Part shown: piece by piece, positions 1-7,717 of the stretch | Layout of the letters: every line of letters begins with the position of its first letter | Numbering within the stretch: the stretch's first letter is position 1 | From: Elusimicrobiota bacterium | GTDB taxonomy: Bacteria > Elusimicrobiota > Elusimicrobia > Elusimicrobiales > UBA9959 | Direction: 5' to 3' | NCBI GenBank assembly: GCA_027340875.1 | Contig: DAIENX010000011.1 | Location: 1-14,417, forward strand | DNA length: 14,417 nt | The notes under the pieces: model-generated | What the model saw: the letters and a program-made list of their open reading frames with translations, nothing else | What the model was told of the DNA's origin: nothing | Database searches by the model: none | Translations under genes and position numbers: made by a program

Positions 1-77
1 TGCCCAAGGACGTGCTGGCGTCCCTGGCCGTGGCTACCGGGCTGGCGCTGCGCAGGATGAAGGATTGGGCGTCATGA
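1..77 (+). CDS. pilM: Type IV pilus assembly protein PilM, C-terminal fragment (runs in from the window edge)
   Basis: The frame from position 3 reads PKDVLASLAVATGLALRRMKDWAS-stop (TGA 75-77). AVAxGLALR is the typical PilM C-terminal motif. The stop overlaps the pilN ATG (ATGA 74-77). Confidence 0.88.
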   Translation, partial: PKDVLASLAVATGLALRRMKDWAS

Positions 78-625
78 TAAAGATAAACCTGATCCCGCCA
101 GAATACATAGCGCAGATAGACCGCAAGGTGCTGATAGCCAAGGTCGTGCTAGGCGTCGTCCTTTTCGCCGCCACCGTCCTTATGGTCTCGCTCTGGCATA
201 TCGGCCGCTCCAAGAGCCTGGAGTCCAACCTCGCCGACCTGCAGCAGCAGATGCAGGTCCTGCAGAAGGACGTGGACAAGGTCAAGGAGATAGAGAAGCA
301 GATAGCCGAGGTGCAGAAGTATCTCAACTCGATAAACAGCATCAACAAGAACCGCTTCATCTACACCAGGTTCATGCAGGACCTGGTGGGCGACCTGCCC
401 GGCACGATGTGGTTCACCCTGGTGAACACCACTATGGCCGGCAGTACGCTGAAGGTGACGCTGGCCGTGAACTCCAACTCCGCGTACGACCTGGCCTACT
501 GGATCAACTCCCTGGAAACGGACGGCGCCTATGCCGACGTGACCGTGGGCGCCATCAACGTTACCGACGGGGAGATGGGCAAGAAGTTCACGGTGCCGCT
601 CACGCTGACGTACAACTATAAATGA
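74..625 (+). CDS. pilN: Type IV pilus assembly protein PilN
   Basis: ATG at 74 (preferred over the track start at 65) gives MIKINLIP, the PilM-binding INLLP-type motif. It is followed by one TM helix, a coiled coil and a periplasmic domain. Lies between pilM and pilO. Confidence 0.92.
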   Translation: MIKINLIPPEYIAQIDRKVLIAKVVLGVVLFAATVLMVSLWHIGRSKSLESNLADLQQQMQVLQKDVDKVKEIEKQIAEVQKYLNSINSINKNRFIYTRFMQDLVGDLPGTMWFTLVNTTMAGSTLKVTLAVNSNSAYDLAYWINSLETDGAYADVTVGAINVTDGEMGKKFTVPLTLTYNYK

Positions 626-626
626 T

Positions 627-1175
627 ATGGGTAAACTAGAGCTTACAAAGGAGCAGATGGCGCAGATCTTCGGCGCCGTGGTGTTCGGCGGTCTGTTCAT
701 CTACCTCTATCTTTTTTACTTCTGGTTCCCCACGTCCAAGAAGATAGACGAGAACACCGCCAAGGTCGAGTCCATGCAGCGCGACATAGACAAGGCCAGG
801 GAGCTCAAGAAGAAGTTCAAGGATCTAGAGGGCAAACTGGAGAGCCTGAAGGCGGAAAGGGAGGCCGCGGTCAAGAAGCTGCCCGGCGGCAAGAACATCC
901 CCGAGCTGATACGGACCATAACCCGCCTCAGCCGGAAATACCGCCTGAACGTCGTGGCTATCAACCCGTCCGGCCAGTCCAGGGTCGAGTACTTAACCAA
1001 GGTCACGTACCAGATACAGGTTAAGGGCAACTATCACGATATCGGCCGTTTCCTCACCGCGCTGGGGCTCGAGGAGCGCATCCTCACCTCCGAGAACCTG
1101 TCGCTTACGGCCTCGGGCGGGGAGTATTCGGCCAGCGCGACCTTCACCCTCGCGGCCTACCAGTACAGCGGCTAA
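627..1175 (+). CDS. pilO: Type IV pilus assembly protein PilO
   Basis: N-terminal TM helix, coiled coil, and the PilO-type motifs KKLP..KNIPELI and VKGNYHDIGRFL...ERIL. Starts 1 nt after the pilN stop. Confidence 0.92.
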   Translation: MGKLELTKEQMAQIFGAVVFGGLFIYLYLFYFWFPTSKKIDENTAKVESMQRDIDKARELKKKFKDLEGKLESLKAEREAAVKKLPGGKNIPELIRTITRLSRKYRLNVVAINPSGQSRVEYLTKVTYQIQVKGNYHDIGRFLTALGLEERILTSENLSLTASGGEYSASATFTLAAYQYSG

Positions 1176-1179
1176 ATTT

Positions 1180-1623
1180 ATGACCTCGATAATGACGGCC
1201 TTCCTGATCTGCTGCGCCGCCCCGGCGGGCGCGCAAGTGGCTGTTTCCACGCCGCCGGTCACCGTGGACCAGGCTTACCATCCCGCCAATCCGCGGGACC
1301 CGCTCGTGGTCTCAACCATGTACGGCGACCAGAAGGGTACCGGCAAGCTTAAGTCCAAGAAGGACGCCGAGGCGCAGAACGTTTCCAAGGACACGTTCAC
1401 CGTCTACGGCCTGACGCTGACCGGCATAATGGCCGACGCGAATGGCAGGCAGGCCCTGTTGAAGGACGCCGCGGGCAACCTCTACACGCTCAAGGCGGGA
1501 CGTCTGGTTGATTCCGAGAAGAGAACGGTGCCGGGGATCTCCGGAGTGATAAAAGGCAAGCAGGTAACGCTGATGACCGACGACAAGAAGGTGCACCAGC
1601 TCAGCCTGCGGGAGAGAGAATAA
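1180..1623 (+). CDS. pilP: PilP-like type IV pilus assembly protein
   Basis: Signal-like N-terminus, YHPANPRDPL (PilP Y-x-RDPF-like motif) and a beta domain LTLTGIM...ALLKDAAGNLYTLKAG. Lies between pilO and pilQ. Confidence 0.75.
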   Translation: MTSIMTAFLICCAAPAGAQVAVSTPPVTVDQAYHPANPRDPLVVSTMYGDQKGTGKLKSKKDAEAQNVSKDTFTVYGLTLTGIMADANGRQALLKDAAGNLYTLKAGRLVDSEKRTVPGISGVIKGKQVTLMTDDKKVHQLSLRERE

Positions 1624-1624
1624 G

Positions 1625-3481
1625 ATGAAAAAGTTCATAGCCGCCTTTGCCGCCGCGCTGCTGGTCGGGCAGAACCCCGTCCTGCTGTTCGCGGTGGAGA
1701 ACGCCACGGTCAAGGCCGTGAGGGTCTCCGCCGGCAGCGTCTACATAGACGCCGACAGGCCGGTGGAGTACAAGGCCTTCACGCAGGAGCAGCCGCCCAA
1801 GCTGATACTGGAGCTGATGGATTCCCGGATGCAGACGCTGCAGGACATCCCCGTCGGCAGCGGAAACCTGATAAAGGTGCGCACCGGCCAGTTCCGCACC
1901 GAGCCGGTCAGCATCTCGCGCGTCGTAATGGACCTGTCCGCCAAGACCGCCTACGAGATCACCAGGAAGGGCAACGAGCTGATCGTCATGCTTGGGCAGC
2001 ATAAGCCCGCCGCCGCGCCGCAGATCAAGGACGCGCCCGCGGAGCCGGTGAAGGTCATAACCCCCTCCCCCGCGGCCGATAAGCCGATAGAAATGACGCT
2101 CGAGGCGGCCCCGATAAAGCCTGCCGACGTCTCTCCGGCCGCCCCGGCGGCGATAACGCCCCGCAAGGTCTCCCGCGCGCCCTCTTCGCGCAGCATCATG
2201 GAGAGCCTGCCCCGCGACCCGATCAGCTTCGACTACAGCGACGCCGACGTGCGCGAGGTCATCGATATGCTGGCCGCCCGCGCGAACATCAACATCATCT
2301 ACGGAGACGACGTGACCGGCACGGTCACGATCAGCCTCTCCAAGGTGCCTTTCGACGAGGCCTTCAAGACGCTGCTCAGCGTCAAGGGCCTGGCCGCCCA
2401 GCAGGCCGGCGACAACATCCTGCGCATTGCCTCCCCCGCCACGCTGCTGGCCGAGGAGAAGAAGGCGATGCCGCAGACCCGCGTGTTCTTCCTGAACTAC
2501 GCGAAGGCCACCGAAGTGAAAGGCCAGGTCGAGGCCGTGGCCACCGCTGAGAACAGGCGCGCTTCCTGCAGCACGGACGATACGAACAACGCTGTGATAG
2601 TCACCGATACCCAGATGGGCCTCGACGCGACCGCGCGCCTTATCCGCAATCTGGACAGGGCTCCGCGGCAGGTCGTCATAGAGGCCAAGCTGGTCGAGGT
2701 CTCTCTCGACAACTCGCTCGACTACGGCATCAGCTGGTCCGGCTACGGAGAGAAGAACGGCACTTATTTCGGCGCCGGCGACTCCTCGAACAAGATCGAG
2801 CTCGGAGGGAATTCCCCGGGCATGCAGTCCCCCGCGGCAGGCTCAGGCCGCTACGTCAGCTCGCCGTATGGCGGCACTTCCGGCGGCTCGGGAGTCAACC
2901 TTCCGGCCAACGTGGTCTACGGCGCGTTCCGGCTCGGTAAGGTGGCGGCCAACTACATGTTCGACGCCGTGATAACCGCGGCGGCGAAGAAGGGGAAGGC
3001 CAAGGTGCTTTCCGACCCGAAGGTGGCCACGCTGAACAATAAGGAAGCTAATATTAATATCACCACCCAGATACCGTACACCACCACGGAGACCACGGCG
3101 GCCACCCCGCCCATCTCCACGACCAAGGTGACCTATCTGACCACAGGCATAGTGCTGAAGGTCACGCCGACAATAACCTCTGACGGCCGCATCGCGATGA
3201 AGATCAACCCGTCCGTCAGCCAGCCCTCGGCCACGATAACGCCGGTGGCCGGCGGCGCGCCCGGCATAGACACCCGCTCGGCCGATACCAACGTGATAGT
3301 GAAGGACGGCGAGACCATAGTGATCGGCGGCCTGATACACGACACGCAGTCGGAGGCCGTCTTCAAGATCCCGATACTCGGCGACATCCCGATACTCGGC
3401 TATCTTTTCAGGAAGAAGTCGATGTCCCGCAACCGCATGGAGCTGCTGATCTTCGTGACCCCGAGGGTCATAGAGGACTGA
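1625..3481 (+). CDS. pilQ: Type IV pilus secretin PilQ
   Basis: Signal peptide, AMIN-like domain, Pro/Ala linker, N0 region (ISFDYSDADVREVI..NINII), N3 domain, then the secretin domain (QVVIEAKLVEV; VKDGETIVIGGLI; KIPILGDIPILGYLF; ELLIFVTPRVI). Confidence 0.96.
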   Translation: MKKFIAAFAAALLVGQNPVLLFAVENATVKAVRVSAGSVYIDADRPVEYKAFTQEQPPKLILELMDSRMQTLQDIPVGSGNLIKVRTGQFRTEPVSISRVVMDLSAKTAYEITRKGNELIVMLGQHKPAAAPQIKDAPAEPVKVITPSPAADKPIEMTLEAAPIKPADVSPAAPAAITPRKVSRAPSSRSIMESLPRDPISFDYSDADVREVIDMLAARANINIIYGDDVTGTVTISLSKVPFDEAFKTLLSVKGLAAQQAGDNILRIASPATLLAEEKKAMPQTRVFFLNYAKATEVKGQVEAVATAENRRASCSTDDTNNAVIVTDTQMGLDATARLIRNLDRAPRQVVIEAKLVEVSLDNSLDYGISWSGYGEKNGTYFGAGDSSNKIELGGNSPGMQSPAAGSGRYVSSPYGGTSGGSGVNLPANVVYGAFRLGKVAANYMFDAVITAAAKKGKAKVLSDPKVATLNNKEANINITTQIPYTTTETTAATPPISTTKVTYLTTGIVLKVTPTITSDGRIAMKINPSVSQPSATITPVAGGAPGIDTRSADTNVIVKDGETIVIGGLIHDTQSEAVFKIPILGDIPILGYLFRKKSMSRNRMELLIFVTPRVIED

Positions 3482-3502
3482 CCGGTCCCGCGGTTCGGCG
3501 AG

Positions 3503-3540
3503 AAGAGGCCGGGGCCGCCATGGTCCTGGCCTCTTTTTTT
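3503..3540 (+). terminator. Rho-independent terminator of the pilMNOPQ operon
   Basis: AAGAGGCCGGGGCC-GCCAT-GGTCCTGGCCTCTT forms a 14-bp stem with two G-U pairs. It runs into a 7-T tract (3534-3540) and starts 21 nt after the pilQ stop. Confidence 0.85.
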
Positions 3541-3561
3541 CGGCAGGGAGAAGGGCATAGC

Positions 3562-5013
3562 ATGACGCTTTCCTATACGCTCGCCTTCGTACTGGGTCTG
3601 GCGCCTGCGCTGCAGGCCGTCTTCGACCTGCCGCTGCAGCTGGCCCTGCAGCGCGGCGTGCTCGCCGCTTTCCTGGCCTGGATCTTCCTGTCCGCCTATC
3701 GTTCCGGTATTCCGCGAGCCCTGGCCGGCAGACGCTTCGTCCCGCTCTGGGCTGCGGCGGGGCTGTCGCTGCTCTCGCTGATCTCGAGCCCGTTCCGGGG
3801 CTACGTCCTCAACGAGTGGGGCAACTATGCCGCGGGCCTGCTGATATTCCTGGCGGGCTCTTTAATGGCCGCCGGGGAGAGGGACCGCGTGGAGAGGGCG
3901 CTGCGCTGGGGGGGCTGGCTGGTCTTCGGAGTGGCGCTGCTGCAGGCCTTCGCGCTCAGGAATTTCCTGTCCGCTCCGCCGCTGACCAACCTGAACGCCC
4001 TCGCCCTGTACGCCGTAATGGTTCTGCCGCTGGCCGCCGGCCGCCGCGACTGGCTGCTGACCGTGGCGATGGCCATACTCGTCATCTGGACCCAGTCCAT
4101 CGGGGCCATTCTGGCGGCGGTCGTGGCCGCCGGCTTCTACGCGGTCTCGCGTCGCGATTCGGCAGGGTTCAGGGAGAACCAGTGGATACTCGTCCTTCTC
4201 GGCGCGGTAGCCGCCGCCGTTCTCTTCCTGCTGCAGGCCGATTCGGTGGCGGGCAGGCTGGCCTGGTGGCGCAGCGCCTGGGAGATGTTCCTGGCGAGGC
4301 CCTTTACCGGCTTCGGGCATGCCTCGTTCACCTGGGCGCAGGCCGCCTTTCAGCAGGCGGGCGCTTTCAGGGAGCACTCGGTATACGCTCATAATTATTA
4401 TCTTGAATTCCTGGCGGAGAACGGCCTGCCTGCCGCCGCGGCGTGGTTCTTCCTGCTGTTCCGGGAGACGCGCGTTCGCGAGGGGGCGGCCAGGTACGCG
4501 CTGATAGCCGCTCTTACCCATTCCTTCGTGGATTTCGGCCTGTCCGTGCCGGCGAACTTCTGGGTGTTCTGCTGGCTGCTCTCCTCCCCGGCGGAGGAAG
4601 CTGGTCTGGCCGTCCCGCCCCGCTCCGTCCTGAACGCGGCGCTGGCTTTCTCTCTGCTGCTGGCGGCCGCGCTGGCGCGGCTGGACCTGCGCAGCCTTGC
4701 GTTCGAGAAGGAGCGCGTCAAGGCTATCTCGGCCGCCGCCGCCGGGGACCTGGCCGGGGCCGGAAAGGCCCTGGCGCCCGAGCTGCGCGGAGGCGTTTTC
4801 CGGGCTCCGGCCCTTGAGCTGCTCGGCTCCCTGCACGCGGCTTACGGCGGCGCGCCCGACGGCTTCGGCGCGGCCGTGTATTTCGAGATGGCGCTGCTGG
4901 AGAACAGGTACAGCGCCGCGTCGTGGGCCGCCCTGCGGCGCATTTATTCCGCGGAAGGCCTGGAGGGGGAAGCCGCCGGACTTGAAGCCAGGCGCGGGGA
5001 GGTGTTCCGGTGA
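3562..5013 (+). CDS. O-antigen ligase (Wzy_C) family polytopic membrane protein with C-terminal TPR-like helices; candidate O-oligosaccharyltransferase 1
   Basis: Many hydrophobic helices. Family motifs: NLNALA, WTQSIGAILA, GRLAWWRSAWEMFLARPFTGFGHASF and YAHNYYLEFLAENG. Start placed at ATG 3562 (purine-rich GGGAG 3546-3550 upstream) because the track start at 3520 lies inside the terminator hairpin. Confidence 0.85.
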   Translation: MTLSYTLAFVLGLAPALQAVFDLPLQLALQRGVLAAFLAWIFLSAYRSGIPRALAGRRFVPLWAAAGLSLLSLISSPFRGYVLNEWGNYAAGLLIFLAGSLMAAGERDRVERALRWGGWLVFGVALLQAFALRNFLSAPPLTNLNALALYAVMVLPLAAGRRDWLLTVAMAILVIWTQSIGAILAAVVAAGFYAVSRRDSAGFRENQWILVLLGAVAAAVLFLLQADSVAGRLAWWRSAWEMFLARPFTGFGHASFTWAQAAFQQAGAFREHSVYAHNYYLEFLAENGLPAAAAWFFLLFRETRVREGAARYALIAALTHSFVDFGLSVPANFWVFCWLLSSPAEEAGLAVPPRSVLNAALAFSLLLAAALARLDLRSLAFEKERVKAISAAAAGDLAGAGKALAPELRGGVFRAPALELLGSLHAAYGGAPDGFGAAVYFEMALLENRYSAASWAALRRIYSAEGLEGEAAGLEARRGEVFR

Positions 5014-6617
5014 GGCTCAGGGTCGAGCAGGCCTCCGCTTACGCCCCGGCGCTGCTGCTGCTGCTGGCCCTGCCGCTTGGAGGGCTGCGCTCTCCGGGCG
5101 AGTGGACGATCTTCGCTTTCGCCGCCGCCGGTCTGGGGGCCCTGCTCCCGGGAGGCCTGGCCGCGGGCGGCACCACGCTTACGCTGCTCTTCTTCGCCTG
5201 GATGGGCGCCGCGGCCGCGTTCTCCCCTTTTCCGGCAAGCGCGTCGCAGGCGTTCGCCAAACAGGCGCTGTGCTGTCTGCTGTTCTGCTGGGCCGCCGCC
5301 GAGAGGGAGGGCGAGGACGCCTGGCTCTACGCCGTATACGCCGTCGCGGCGCTCTGCGGCGGCGTCCTGGCTTTCCAGGCGCTCTCCGGCGCAGGCGCTT
5401 ACGGCCTGATCGGCCGCAATCCGAACTATTCCGCGGCCTTCTGCGCCGCGGCTTTTCCCGCAGCGGCGCTGCGGGCTTCCGGTGACGGCGGCCACCGCGG
5501 CAGGGCCGTGGCCTTCCTGCTGCTGGTCCTTGCCGGCGCCGGCGTGATATTCTCCGGCTCGAGGGGCGCCGCTATGGGGGCCCTGCTCAGTTCCGCCGCG
5601 GGGCTGGCGCTTACCCGCCGCTGGAAGTGGCTGGCCGGGCTGGCGGTTACTCTGGCGGCGGCCGTAGTGCTGCTGCCGCACGGGTCCTTCGCCGGTTTCC
5701 TGAAGCTCTCCGACCCTAGAGCGTTCGCCCGCGCGGACCTCTGGAAGACCGGCCTGCAGGCCGCCTGGGCCAGCCCGCTGCTCGGTTGGGGGCCGGGCAG
5801 CTTCCAGCGGGTGTTCGAGCTGTTCAAATTCCCTTATTTCGACGGGTACGCCTATTTCGATCACTCAACGCTGCACGCCCACAGCGAAATCGTCAACCTG
5901 GCGGCGGAGGGGGGGTTCCCGGCGGCCGTCCTGTTCATATCCGCCGCCGCCGCCGTCCTGCTCGCCGGCGGCAGGGAGAGGCTGCCGGTGAAGCTTTGCG
6001 CGGTCGCGGTGCTGATGCAGGGGGCCGTCGACATCGTGTTCTATTCGGGCGCCGTCTCGCTGCTCTTCTGGGGTTCTCTCGGCTTCGCCGCCGGCCCAGG
6101 CTCGGAGCGGCGTCTCGGCGGGAGGAGAGCCGCGTTCGCGGCCCTTTGCGCGGTCGGACTGGCAGTCCCTGCCGTTTCCACGGCGCTGACCGGCTCGGCC
6201 GGTTATCTGGGGCTGGCGCGGACTTCAGACAATCCCGCGCTGCGTCTGGCGCTGGCGCGGGAGGACGCTGACCAGCGGCCGCGCGACCCGTTCGCCGCGG
6301 CGGAACTCGGCGGGGCGCTGGCCGCCGCCGGGGATATGCCCGGGGCCGAGGAGGCCTATATCCGGGCCCTTTCTCTCGAGCCGGGCTTCGCCGGGGCGCG
6401 GCTGGCTCTCGCCGGAATATACGCGGTTTCGGGGCTGCGGGCGGAGGCCTGTTCGCTGCTGTCGGCGCCGTGGCCCCCCGCCGCTCCGGAAGGTTCCGAC
6501 GCCTACAGGCGCGGCCTGGCCGGGTTCGACAAGGTCTCGGCGGAGAAGCTTAAAAAGGACGTATGCGAGAAGACGAAGAGTGGCGGCGCTACTGCGCGGC
6601 CCCGCAGGAATCGGTAG
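5010..6617 (+). CDS. Second O-antigen ligase (Wzy_C) family membrane protein with C-terminal TPR; candidate O-oligosaccharyltransferase 2
   Basis: GTG start overlaps the upstream stop (GTGA), with RBS GGAGG just upstream. Motifs: NPNYSAAF, SGSRGAAMG, RADLWKTGLQAAWASPLLGWGPGSF and HAHSEIVNLAAEGG. TPR segment: LGGALAAAGDMPGAEEAYIRALSLEPGFAGARLALAGIY. Confidence 0.87.
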   Translation: MRLRVEQASAYAPALLLLLALPLGGLRSPGEWTIFAFAAAGLGALLPGGLAAGGTTLTLLFFAWMGAAAAFSPFPASASQAFAKQALCCLLFCWAAAEREGEDAWLYAVYAVAALCGGVLAFQALSGAGAYGLIGRNPNYSAAFCAAAFPAAALRASGDGGHRGRAVAFLLLVLAGAGVIFSGSRGAAMGALLSSAAGLALTRRWKWLAGLAVTLAAAVVLLPHGSFAGFLKLSDPRAFARADLWKTGLQAAWASPLLGWGPGSFQRVFELFKFPYFDGYAYFDHSTLHAHSEIVNLAAEGGFPAAVLFISAAAAVLLAGGRERLPVKLCAVAVLMQGAVDIVFYSGAVSLLFWGSLGFAAGPGSERRLGGRRAAFAALCAVGLAVPAVSTALTGSAGYLGLARTSDNPALRLALAREDADQRPRDPFAAAELGGALAAAGDMPGAEEAYIRALSLEPGFAGARLALAGIYAVSGLRAEACSLLSAPWPPAAPEGSDAYRRGLAGFDKVSAEKLKKDVCEKTKSGGATARPRRNR

Positions 6618-7717
6618 AGGGCAACGAGGTCGAGCTGCTGCGGGGCGGCGAGGCGGCCTTTCCCGCGCTGCTGGCGGCCGTCCGCGGCGCGCGAAAGTAC
6701 GTGCTGCTGGAATTCTACTCGTTCGCCGACGATTCCGCCGGAAGGTCCTTCGCCGCCCTGCTGCGCGAAAAAGTGCGGGCCGGCGTGGAGGTCAGGCTCG
6801 TCTACGATTCAATAGGCTCCATCCTTACGGACAGGCGGTTCTTCCTGGAGCTGGCGGCCGCCGGTGTGAAGGTGGCGGAGTTCCGCCCGGTGATCTACTG
6901 GAAGCCGTACTGGAACTGGATAAAGCGCGACCATCGCAAGACAGTGAGCGTGGACGGGGCCTGCTCTTTCGTGGGCGGCTTCAATATCACCGAGAGCGAC
7001 GCACCGCGGTCAATGGGCGGGCGCGGCTGGACGGACACGCTGGTTAAGGTCTCCGGGCCGGCCGTGGCGGACGTAGAAAGGCTGTTCTGGGAGTCCTGGT
7101 CCGCTTCGACGATGGTGGCCGGCGGCTATGAGCCGCCGCTGCCGCTGCCGGCTCCCGACCCGGCCGGCGACAAGCGGGCGCTGGTGGTCTCCGCGGGCGG
7201 CATCCGCAACGTGCGCTCCATCAGGCGCAGCCACCGCCACGCAATCGACCAGGCCGAGCGCTATATCTACATAACCAACGCCTACTTCCTGCCTGACAGG
7301 CAGGTGCTGCGGCGGCTGACCGAGGCCGCGGGCCGCGGCGTGGACGTGCGGATAATCGCGCCCAGGGAGACGGACCATCCGTACGTGCGCTGGGCCTCAT
7401 GGGCCATCTTCGGCCGCCTTCTGGAGCGCGGGGTGAAGGTCTACGAATGGCAGGGCTCCATACTGCATTCAAAGACCGCGGTTATCGACGGGGTCTGGTC
7501 CTCGGTGGGCAGCCACAACCTGGACCACCGCAGCCTGCAATACAACCTGGAGATGAACATCAACGTCTACGACAGGGACTTCGGCTCCGAGATGGCCAGG
7601 GCCTTCCGCGAGGACCTTAAGAACTCCAAGGCGGTCACGCTGGCCGCCGTCCGCAGCCGACCGCTGACCGCGAAGGCGGCCTCCCGCGTCCTCTATTTCC
7701 TGCGCTCATGGCTATGA
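6563..7717 (+). CDS. clsB: Phospholipase D family protein, cardiolipin synthase ClsB-like (no N-terminal TM helices)
   Basis: Two HKD motifs (RDHRKTVSVDG, LHSKTAVIDG) plus GNEVELL, FVGGFNI, ITNAYFLP and VGSHNLDHRSLQYNLE. 384 aa, lacking the ClsA N-terminal membrane hairpin. Confidence 0.85.
   Translation: MREDEEWRRYCAAPQESVEGNEVELLRGGEAAFPALLAAVRGARKYVLLEFYSFADDSAGRSFAALLREKVRAGVEVRLVYDSIGSILTDRRFFLELAAAGVKVAEFRPVIYWKPYWNWIKRDHRKTVSVDGACSFVGGFNITESDAPRSMGGRGWTDTLVKVSGPAVADVERLFWESWSASTMVAGGYEPPLPLPAPDPAGDKRALVVSAGGIRNVRSIRRSHRHAIDQAERYIYITNAYFLPDRQVLRRLTEAAGRGVDVRIIAPRETDHPYVRWASWAIFGRLLERGVKVYEWQGSILHSKTAVIDGVWSSVGSHNLDHRSLQYNLEMNINVYDRDFGSEMARAFREDLKNSKAVTLAAVRSRPLTAKAASRVLYFLRSWL

Noticed and set aside
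3520..3561. Track start at ATG 3520 for ligase 1
   Set aside because: It lies within the terminator hairpin. ATG 3562 has a purine-rich RBS-like sequence and begins the hydrophobic segment.
3816..6271. Several Arg/Gly/Pro-rich alternative-frame ORFs over the ligase genes
   Set aside because: Their composition is typical of off-frame translation of very GC-rich DNA.
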